A DNA stretch of 41,603 bases from NCBI GenBank assembly GCA_002245135.1, contig NGBS01001210.1:1-41603 (forward strand), read 5' to 3'. Below the pieces are notes generated by a model. It worked only from the letters and a program-made list of their open reading frames with translations, ran no database searches and was not told the origin of the DNA. This DNA is from Proteromonas lacertae. Its lineage: Eukaryota. The position numbers and the translations under genes were made by a program. Shown here in pieces: positions 13,312-22,812 of the stretch (position 1 is the stretch's first letter; every line of letters starts with the position of its first letter).

Positions 13312-13519
13312 GCAATTTATTTGTTATTTTGTATATTAGGGTTTTTGCAATAAAGAAATTGTTGAATATATGATAATTTTATTAATTATATGGTTATTAA
13401 GAATAAACGAGAAATTAATATATTATCGTTTATAAAATTACAGCTATTCTTCAGTTTATTTTTTTTCAAGGTATTTAACGCAATAGAAATAGTAAATTAT
13501 AAAATTAAAAAAAACTAAA

Positions 13520-13763
13520 GGCTTGAGATGGCTTGAACTATGTATTAAAAGAAATAAAATTTAATTGTATTTAGTGTAATAATAAATATTTAAATATGTA
13601 ATAAAGATGCTATAACAGCTAATTATGGATAAATAAATGAGAAGTGTAAGCTGGATTTAAGAATTAAACCCCTTCTGAAGTCATTTTTAATCAGGGCTCT
13701 ATGAATTGGTCGTGAACCAGTTGGCCAAACCAATTGGTAATTAGTCATAAACCAATAGTTACA
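13520..13763 (-). mobile_element. Probable solo terminus of a TGT-ended (Ginger-type) transposon
   Basis: Minus strand starts TGTAACTATTGG with repeated TGGTTYAYGACYAATT units and a TCAAGCC-N3-TCAAGCC motif about 230 bp inside, like the other termini here; no partner end found. Confidence 0.35.
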
Positions 13764-14231
13764 TAACTACATATTAGCTTATAATTGATTATGTTATGAA
13801 ATAAATAATCAATTGGAAGACTCTGTTAGCTGAATTGAAATGCGATATCAGTAAATATTATAAGTTTACTAGTTTATTGGAAGACTATTTGTATCATATT
13901 TGGAAGACATTGGCGAACGATTCGAAAATGTGAAGAAAGAACATAAACGAATAAAAAACTATAATGATAGATCATTTATTTTTTCAAGTAGTTGTTTTAT
14001 ATTGAATAAGTTGTTGCGGATAGAGAATTGATCCGATAATTACTCATCTATACAGCCTTGTTTTTATATTAAAATTTGGTAATTAAATTTTATGTTGTTT
14101 AGGTAAAATAAAAGTCCATTTTTATACAATCTATAATAGAAGTGTTTAAAAAAGAATTTTATAAACTAATTCAAAGTATATTTGTTTTATACATTAGCTA
14201 TATTTTATGAATATACTAATGAATATTATAG

Positions 14232-14792
14232 GACATAGAAGTGAAGAAACCTACTCAACAACACACCACTATAATTTTTATAGAAAATTACACATAACAA
14301 AATTACCTCTTTAAATTAAATCTTCAAAACCAAATTGCTATATTTCTTCATAGTAATACTGCAAACATCAATCCAAAGATTGAATGGATACAAAGGTATT
14401 TAACTATTGCATTACATTTGGGTTAGAAATATCCAATGTACCTATAATAAAATATTTTTTTGAAGTATGTCAGAAGTGGATATGAATTTACCTGATTTTG
14501 CAAAGAGAATCTATTAGAATAAGCAAATAAATATTCTAAACTTCTTTAATGTATATATTTTACAATATATAGGTATGTGTGGAATAGAAAGAGGAATGTT
14601 ATAAAGGGAATTAGGCCTCTTACAAAAGGTGATAGTGAATTAACTGATTTAACTATAAAAGTAGTAATAAACTGTATTAAATCATCATTTGAAACAAATA
14701 AGCATCAAGAACATTAGTAAATATCTGATTTATATCAATTTTGGCTTTTGGATTTGTATGATAAGTATCATGATGATATTGAATTATACTAT
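14232..14792 (+). pseudogene. Decayed MSP-domain (VAP-like) gene
   Basis: TTIIFIENYT*QNYLF*IKSSKPNCYI, then with a frameshift HSNTANINP and NKIFF*SM, resembling MSP motifs (L-N...FKVKTT-P--Y...G-I-P...KF--QS); in-frame stops and short intron-like segments. Confidence 0.4.
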
Positions 14793-14951
14793 GTATATAG
14801 CTGATGAAATTATGACAAATAATTGGTCTGAATAGTAAAAAAGTAGAAATTAATTATAAATAAACTGTGTTTTTATACTATTTTTTGTTTTTATATATTT
14901 TTATAAGTCCCCTCTTGGAGGAAATAAGATAGAAAGTAGCATATTTGTAAT

Positions 14952-15176
14952 TTATACCTGTGCTTGTGTTAAGGTATTGGCATTCATATTCATAAGACGA
15001 CGAAATTTTTCCCCATCTTCAACTAAAAGGGTATAAAACTGCCGTTAATCAATTGTGCAAACGGTATGCTGATGGGTAAGATTTATAATAAATTCGGACT
15101 ATGACGTTTGAGTAAAATAAAAAAAACAAAGCCGTTTCAAAAAAACGATTTAAAATATTCAACTTGAGCTTGATAC
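14952..15176 (-). pseudogene. G-protein alpha-subunit-like pseudogene, 3' part (interrupted by transposon)
   Basis: YQAQVEYFKSFF then LTHQHTVCTID* (G5 TCAxD-like); continues in frame across the reconstructed empty site. Confidence 0.5.
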
Positions 15177-15224
15177 TGTCGCGCGCGATAAAGAAATCTG
15201 CGCGATAAAGGAGTTATAAACTTT
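15177..15224 (+). repeat. Left terminal inverted repeat
   Basis: tgtcgcgcgcgataaagaaatctgcgcgataaaggagttataaacttt; contains gcgcgataaag twice. Confidence 0.93.
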
Positions 15225-16228
15225 TATTAAAAAGTTGAATTATAATCGTAATATATGTCCTATGTTTTAAGTATATATATTGTTAGTTTGCTATATAAAC
15301 TACTTTTTTTGACATATAAAAACTGTCATAATATGAAAAGAAAACACTATTATTAAATAGTAAAATTGACTTATATATTAAATATAATATTTATTTCATT
15401 AGATGATGCATAGAAAAAATGTATCAGTTATACAGGAATTAAGAATTATACTCTTTGAATTATTTTTTCAATTTTCAAATTTTTTCTCAAGCTCTTTTCT
15501 TTTTTTGTAATTTTAAAAGTATATGTTTAGATTATTGTAATATAAGAATATTATTAAATTGTAGATGTGATTGTTTTGTGTTTAGGTCTTATATCAAGCG
15601 TAAATATCAAGTATCTTGAAATCTAAGCGCAATGAGCGTATATTACCAGGGAAAAAATATAGAAAAATTGAATATACTATAATATAGAGATATGATATAT
15701 TTTAGTCTATTATGTAATTAAGCATTAAAGAAAAATATTAAATTTGATGTCAAGCACATATCAAACTTTTCAAATTTATATCTTATAAAATGTAAGTCTA
15801 TATATATATATATATATATTTGTTATTTGATATATTTGTATAACTGAAAGGAATTTACATCAAATATGGCAATATATTCTGTAATTACTCTAGTGGGGTT
15901 ATGCTGTTTAAGGCGTTAGTCTATTCACGTTAAATGAAGAAAACTACACCATATAATCCATCAAACTGATAGTTGCAATTATCATTCCTAGATTTATGTT
16001 ATTATATGAACATGAGAGATCCAGAAACAAAACCATGGGAAGATTGAATATTATCAGACAATTTGAGTAATTTTATTGGTAAAATAACAATTTACTCATT
16101 ATTTAGGTTATGCAAGAAAATGTGATTGAAATCTACAAAATTGTTCTAATCTTTATTAGCCTATATATCTTTTATTTACATATTATTCTATATTTATAAT
16201 TAGGTCATCTGATGAAGATCTTGATACA

Positions 16229-17455
16229 TTGCTTAGAGCTGATCATGTCAAACACTATTACGAAGAAATAGATAAATTATGCTTAAGTGGTACAAACACA
16301 TGGACATTTGATCAGAAAAAGTATGACAAATATTTGAATAACATTACTTATTACAAACTTAAAAAGTATAAAGTCGAGAATAATAAACTCTACTTCGAAG
16401 ATAAGTTGGTAGTGAAATTGGAAGAAAGTTTTGATATACTGGATGATATTCATAGATCTCATGGGCATAGAAGAGAGCGTTTCATGATGCAATATATAAA
16501 TTGTGATGCAAAATATTTTGGTATAACAAGAGACATGATTAGGATCTATTTAAATGCATGTGCTGTTTGTCACAAAATTAAGAAGATTAGTCGTAGTAAT
16601 CCAATGCAACCAATCATATCTCATGCACCAAGAGAAAGGATACTGATTGATTTAATAAATATGAGCAAATATCATTCAAATGAAAAATTTCTTTTATCTA
16701 TTATTGATCATTATAGCAGTTTTATTATGATTTATTGTCAAAAGACAAAAAGTGCCAAAGAAACAGCAGAAAATATTAACAGTTATTTACGAATTTTCGG
16801 TGCCCCATCAATTATTCAATCTGATAACGGACCTGAGTTTGTCAACAGTATATTGAATGAATTAATGGCAGATTATCATACCAAAAAGATAACAAGCTCG
16901 CCTTACCATCCTCAAACAAATGGTAAGGTTGAACGTTATAATCAAGTTATAGAACGCTTAGTAGATGGTTACTTATCTGAAAATGAGGGTCATGAATGGA
17001 CAGAATTTATAGAAAATATAATTGAAGATATGAATACTTCGATTTCTTCAACAACACATTGCAAGCCAAGAAGTCTTTTTTTTATGGATGTAGAAGAACT
17101 ACAAAAAGAAAACCCAAAATTATTTTACAATATAAGCAATAATAATGTAGATTATGGTTATAACATTGACAATGAAGAAATAAATGATGAAAAAATAAAT
17201 AAAGATATTAATAGGAATAAGTCAGTAATAGATAATATCAAACAATCTGTTAATATTAGAATAGAGAAAAAAAATAGTAAGATGGTAATGAATTCGATTA
17301 AAAAGTTGAATGAAAAAGTATCAAACCCCCAGCATGGCAATGCAATTGTTTTTACTAAGAAAATAAAAAATCAAAAAGATAAAAATGAGTTCAGAATAAT
17401 CAAAAAGAACAAAAATAATGATTCATTATATGCAGTGTATAGATATGTATATTAA
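16229..17455 (+). CDS. Retroviral/Gypsy-type DDE integrase (transposase) with H2C2 zinc-binding domain
   Basis: DIHRSHGH...CAVC (H2C2); ILIDLI, IQSDNGPEF and PYHPQTNGKVERYN with D-35-E spacing. Internal exon, likely 16204..17436. Confidence 0.93.
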   Translation: MLRADHVKHYYEEIDKLCLSGTNTWTFDQKKYDKYLNNITYYKLKKYKVENNKLYFEDKLVVKLEESFDILDDIHRSHGHRRERFMMQYINCDAKYFGITRDMIRIYLNACAVCHKIKKISRSNPMQPIISHAPRERILIDLINMSKYHSNEKFLLSIIDHYSSFIMIYCQKTKSAKETAENINSYLRIFGAPSIIQSDNGPEFVNSILNELMADYHTKKITSSPYHPQTNGKVERYNQVIERLVDGYLSENEGHEWTEFIENIIEDMNTSISSTTHCKPRSLFFMDVEELQKENPKLFYNISNNNVDYGYNIDNEEINDEKINKDINRNKSVIDNIKQSVNIRIEKKNSKMVMNSIKKLNEKVSNPQHGNAIVFTKKIKNQKDKNEFRIIKKNKNNDSLYAVYRYVY

Positions 17456-17601
17456 TAATTAACATAGTAACAAAGATAACGAAATATGATTGACTAATTC
17501 ATCGGCAGTGGAAGTCATTCCTATATCAACTGATCTTCAAGAAAAACTAAAAAGAAAAATGGATATTCAATTAGTATTATTATTATTATTTTATTAAATA
17601 G

Positions 17602-18684
17602 GTCAATCCTCAGAAAAAGAAAAGAAAAACTGATACATACCAAAAAATTCTATCAGATATCATTAGACATCCTTCTAAAAATGCAGTTTATAGCATATTT
17701 GGAAAAATTACCTCTGAATATGATGGTAAAGATACTTTAACTGAAGAACAATTAGAAAATGTGATAAAAGTAAGAGATAAAATAGGAAAAAAGGAGTTAA
17801 ATATATATCAGATATGGTATATACTTCAATTATATGATTTTAATGACATTAATCTATTAAGTAACAATATGTTATTATATAATAATAAAAGTATGAGCAT
17901 ATTAATTAAATCACATCGATGCTATTTAATTATGATAGAAAAGGATAAAGGGATGATTAAAATATATGATTCAATTAATACATATGACTATAATACAGAT
18001 CTTAAATATATATCCTCATATATATCAAATGTAAGTAAATATGAAATAAATATAATAAATGTTAGGAACAATTTTCCAGAAGCCACAGATATTGCTGCTA
18101 CTGTGACATTTATGATTATGAATTCTGATTACAACAATATTGAAGTATTGGAGTTAGATGTTATTCTAATGAGCGATTTGTTAAGAGAATATATCTCTAA
18201 ACTATTAGAATATAAATCTTACAGACTGAAGTTGTCCTGTTTTTACGTCAATATACATGATGATGATGATGGTGATTCTCTATTCTATTCACGCAATGAA
18301 GAAAATACATTAAATTTTGTCAGATTAATTATAAATCCATACAATTATAATACAATATCACTAAAAGGTAAACAAAAGAACTGTTTCTTAAGACAATTTA
18401 ATATTATAGTTAATCATCTATTATTAAAAGAGAGATTAAAATCGGAAGATCTAGTGTTTTATATACACTTCATTAATCAGTGTAATGATAATGTAATAGA
18501 TCCAGGTAATATATATAAAAGTGATGAACAATTACGTTTATTAAGTAAAATAAAGAACGATGGTATATATTTTTCCCCAGTATGCGACAAAGATTATCAA
18601 CATTGGTCGTTATTTGAGGTGAAATATAACAGTTGTTGTGCGCCGTTTGTCATAGTTGGCCATTTGTCTACCAGACACTTTTAA
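17602..18684 (+). CDS. Transposon exon with NLS and tandem Ulp1/C48-like cysteine protease domains, 3'-truncated
   Basis: Open from acceptor at 17601 (VNPQKKKRK...) into ORF 17761..18684; HRCYLIMIEKDKGMIKIYDS and FSPVCDKDYQHWSLFEV are Ulp1-like; residues after 18633 come from an inserted element. Confidence 0.65.
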   Translation, partial: VNPQKKKRKTDTYQKILSDIIRHPSKNAVYSIFGKITSEYDGKDTLTEEQLENVIKVRDKIGKKELNIYQIWYILQLYDFNDINLLSNNMLLYNNKSMSILIKSHRCYLIMIEKDKGMIKIYDSINTYDYNTDLKYISSYISNVSKYEINIINVRNNFPEATDIAATVTFMIMNSDYNNIEVLELDVILMSDLLREYISKLLEYKSYRLKLSCFYVNIHDDDDGDSLFYSRNEENTLNFVRLIINPYNYNTISLKGKQKNCFLRQFNIIVNHLLLKERLKSEDLVFYIHFINQCNDNVIDPGNIYKSDEQLRLLSKIKNDGIYFSPVCDKDYQHWSLFEVKYNSCCAPFVIVGHLSTRHF

Positions 18685-18962
18685 AACAAACTAAATGTAT
18701 ATTCTTACTTTTCTTGATGAAAAATTGTTACTTTTATACTTACTTTGTTATATGACCTACCTCTGCAGTATACTTTTTTGTTAATATAAATAGTTTGGAT
18801 ATTTGTGCCGTTTGTTTTCTAGAAATTTGTAAAACAAACTAAATGCATATTTAGCTAATATAGACCAAATTACATTAGCTGAAATGATTAGAGCAACTTA
18901 ATGTTGATCATAGGACATTTAAAATGAAAAAAGAATATATAGAATCAAGCCTCACTCAAGCC
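18634..18962 (+). mobile_element. Nested terminus of an element related to the 19745..20383 MITE
   Basis: Starts TGTTGT; gccRtttgtc twice; shares tttgtYatatgacctacMtctg, tacattaKctgaWatgaWtaga, ttaatgttgat and tcaagcctcactcaagcc with the MITE at similar offsets. Confidence 0.65.
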
Positions 18963-19744
18963 TATTTTTTACATTTCTTTTTTATATAGATAGTTTTTAT
19001 AAACTATGGAAGAAAAAGCTAAGTTTTACAAGAATTACCAAAAGAATACCTTACATAGTTTTTAAATCTCAGTAACGATATAATAATTACCTCATTCATA
19101 ATCACTTTTGTTTTACAATATTGTTATTACAGTTTAAAAATGAAATAATAACATATAATATCTAATTAATATATTAAATTACAATAATTAACAATAATTA
19201 ACGACTTTATAAACATTCATAATCATAAACAAAAGTTTATTTGTAATATAAATAATAGAGAAAATAATAAATATATAAGAAAATAGCAAATTTGAAATTT
19301 TCTTTTTACTTCCTCTATTATTTGATTAAACACTTTGAATAGGAAAATAAGAATAACAAGATATTATTACAATAGAAAATTCATAAATGAACTATTCTAA
19401 TGATATTATTACAGAATTGTAAAAATGATACTTACAACTATTTATTACTCTTCTTTTTTATTTACCTAATAAGTATGTTACAGCAATATTAATCTACACA
19501 TATATTTAGAAGTACTAAAATATTTCTTAATAAAAAGAAATTTTAATTTTTGAACAAAAATATGGGGGTAAAAAATAAAAGGAATTTGATATTATTTTTT
19601 AAATTTTCTCAACATCAAAATTGATTTATATAATAATATTTCATAATATACTTAGTTAATATAAGTAGTTTTAATATATGTTATAATATGATATATACTA
19701 CTCTATTGTCTGATATCGCCTCATTTAACATAAATCGTATATAT

Positions 19745-20383
19745 TGTTGTTCCCCGTATGGCGGAAATCCCCGTATGGCGGAACTCTATATTCCAGAATG
19801 ATTCAATCAAAACTAATATGATATTCATGATGTTCGGAGTTAGTTATTAACAAATATATAGTTAGTTTGTCATATGACCTACATCTGTGATATACTTATT
19901 TATGAACTTCATTATTATCAATATTAAACTAATTTTTGTATATTTTCTATTATAATGTATCAGTGACTACTACAGTCTAAAATACATTATCTGATATGAA
20001 TAGAATACATTAATTTTAATGTTGATGTAATAAAAAAGGAAATTAAAGAGCAGGCTTGAGTGAGGCTTGAACTTATTTTTTCTTTTTTCTTTTTTAACCG
20101 CCTTAACATTAAAAATAGTGAATTCTATTCATATCAGATAATGTATTTTAGACTTTAGTAGTGACTGATACATTATAATAGAAAATATACAAAAATTAGT
20201 TTAATATTGATAATAATGAAGTTCATAAATAAGTATATCACAGATGTAGGTCATATGACAAACTAACTATATATTTGTTAATAACTAACTCTGAACATCA
20301 TGAATATCATATTAGTTTTGATTGAATCATTCTGGAATATAGAGTTCCGCCATACGGGGATTTCCGCCATACGGGGAACAACA
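19745..20383. mobile_element. Nested fold-back MITE (non-autonomous TGT...ACA element)
   Basis: 279-bp TIRs (19745..20023 and 20105..20383, about six mismatches), 81-bp spacer, 5-bp TSD TATAT; terminal ccccgtatggcggaa twice. Confidence 0.92.
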
Positions 20384-20448
20384 TATATAACATATGATAT
20401 GTAAAGTATACGTAGTATATATTGTAAATATAGTATTAGTTTCAAAGG

Positions 20449-20496
20449 AAAGTTTATAACTCCTTTATCGCGCAAATTTCTTTATCGCACGCGACA
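20449..20496 (-). repeat. Right terminal inverted repeat
   Basis: aaagtttataactcctttatcgcgcaaatttctttatcgcacgcgaca, reverse complement of 15177..15224. Confidence 0.93.
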
Positions 20497-20640
20497 GATA
20501 CTCATAATTTGGGCCATCCAGATCAGGGAATAATTTATTCTATAAAATTTAACTATAAATCATTTTTATTAATTATGTAGATTATTACTAAATGCAAATT
20601 ATTCATGTGTTTCGTGATACAATCTATGATCAACGAGGAA
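20497..20640 (-). pseudogene. G-protein alpha-subunit-like pseudogene, upstream part
   Basis: DCITKHMNNLHL/NKLFPDLDGPNYEY resembles the G-alpha segment after G4 (HL---FPEYDGP...QA--E). Confidence 0.5.
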
Positions 20641-20771
20641 AGTAAATATATATTATTAATCTCAATAATAAACGAAGTTTAGTCAATTATATACTTAACC
20701 ACTTAATTAGCAGTGGAATAATAATAGTCATCATAAATATACAAAAACAATTTACCATACTCAATATTTGT

Positions 20772-22775
20772 TTAATCAATATACAACCTTACTGTAGGTA
20801 ATATTACTTCATTTCCATCATCATCAGAACATGAAACATCAAGCGGAATAACTGGTAAACTCTTAGCATCTTCATTCTTTCTAATCTCACATATCACATC
20901 TACAACTGATTTTGGTAATCTTGTTTTTAATTTTGCCTATTAATTTATAATTTTTCTTATATATATACAGCTGATGTAAATAAAGAATAAATCATAGATG
21001 GACCAACACTAATCATATCAACATTCACCTTATATGATTGATTAATAAAGTCTATAAACTCTTGCAAAGTAATTGACTTTCTCTATAATAATAATATAAA
21101 TATAAATAATATTCATTACATTTCTCAAATCAATTTTTGACCAATTACTCCATTCATATTCTTTATATTTTCTCTTTGCACATTCAACTGGTTCAGATAA
21201 TTGGAATATAGGTAATGCTAAGTTACAATAACCATTTCTATATCCTTCAACTGGTTTATTCTGCAATAATGAATAAATCTCCATAGTTATTAAACCAGAA
21301 ACAAATGCTGTTGTTGTTGAAATTGCTGGTATAATATTTCCTGCAATTAATTTTGTTCTATTCATATCTACTTCTGGAATTTCATAACTATAAATATAAA
21401 TATTCAAAATATATTACTTTCTAGCTCTCAAATTCGATGTAGCAGATATAAATTGCATATGATAATTTGTATCATCATCTTTTTCAAATGAAATTGGATT
21501 TAATTTCATTCCTGCTAGTGATGATGGCTTTGGTAACTTGCTGATTATTTCATTTGGATCATTATTCTCTTGTCTATATATTTTAAATATGAAATATTCA
21601 AAATACGGTTTATCACTTGATCTAACTGGAATAAACTCAGGAATATTCATTTCTTCAATCACTTTCTTAAACAAATTGATATCAGTAGAACCATTTAATC
21701 CATACACAAATGCTCTTAAATTTGAACAGGATACAATAAATGATAAATGAATTGGATCATTTATATCAAATATTAATGGATTTGGAGCTCTTTTTTCACC
21801 AATCCAAAATGGAATTCCTTCTTCACTAACATAATCTTTCTATTACATAATAATTATTATATTATTATATACAGGGAAATTACATAATAATTGTTTAATA
21901 GTATTACAAAATAACTCTTCAAACTGTAATCTTGACCATTTTATACAATCATCAAATGTTAAAGGTTTATCATTCACTAAAGATAAATGAATTGAATTTA
22001 ATCTTTCAAATGCAGTGGCTGGCTCAGATTGAATTGATCTAATAGCATTTTCATCATGAATAAATGAATTTACATCATTTGGAATATTTTTAAATTGACC
22101 TTCAAAATAATCTCTTGCCCATTGTATTGTATGTTCAATTTTATGAGGGAAATTCTTCAACGTACATATTGGAATAGAACTTTCTGGTTGGTCATTTGAA
22201 TCGCCATATGATTCCGTTAAAAATGGAACAACAATTTGTGTATTTCCTTTCGTTCCAAGTGTTCCTGATTCTAATAATGGTTTCTGATATTCAATACTTC
22301 TACCATCCATATATAATCTTGCTTCAACATTATCTAAAGCATTACAAATACCATCTAATTCATTCATAAACTTATCATTGAAAATATTTTCAGATTCTGT
22401 ACCAACTCTGTCAGTAAAATATTTAATATGAATATCTTTATTCATTTGAATAATTGATTCACTGGCTACTTTAGATTTGGGTTGTTTTATATGACTATTT
22501 CTAAATAAAAATTGTCTTGATAGATTTGATTTTTCTATTAAATCCATATCTGTGATGTATATAAATCCATCTTTACCACAACCTAATCCCATCATTGCAA
22601 AGTTCTTTAATACTTCACATCCTATTGCACCAGCACCAACTAGGAAATATCTTAAATTTAATAATTTATCCTATTAATAATATAAACTATATAATCAATA
22701 ATACAATTATTTGTTTGCCATATACTCCAATTTCTCCTTCATATCTATTATTACTACAATTATATTCACCTATTT

Positions 22776-22812
<37 letters not shown>

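Larger units (their letters stand above)
15177..20496 (+). mobile_element. Ginger/TDD-type DNA transposon with Gypsy-like integrase
   Basis: TGT...ACA termini, 48-bp TIRs with 2 mismatches, perfect 5-bp TSD GATAC (15172..15176 and 20497..20501), internal integrase; no RT/RNase H/gag seen. Confidence 0.9.

Noticed and set aside
16229..17455. LTR retrotransposon
   Set aside because: No gag, RT or RNase H and no long direct repeats; the ends are inverted repeats and the gene has introns.
16045..17489. TGA recoded as Trp (in-frame TGA at 16045 and 17487, also about 28072)
   Set aside because: Intact genes use TGG for Trp and the fucosyltransferase ends in TGA; these cases sit in decaying sequences and fit TGG>TGA mutation.
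19129..19133. acagt as the second TSD of the element starting at 18634
   Set aside because: Not preceded by an ACA-ended inverted repeat, and the protease frame does not resume cleanly.
19745..19783. CRISPR-like or ncRNA repeat (ccccgtatggcggaa twice)
   Set aside because: Only two adjacent units, no spacers, and they are part of a TIR.
15177..20496. Polinton/Maverick, suggested by integrase plus cysteine protease
   Set aside because: Only 5.3 kb; no protein-primed DNA polymerase, packaging ATPase or capsid ORFs; TGT...ACA ends with a 5-bp TSD.
22779..22810. (TA)n tracts (also about 8657, 15799 and 40015)
   Set aside because: Simple intronic microsatellites; they generate the spurious IYIYIY peptides in the ORF track.
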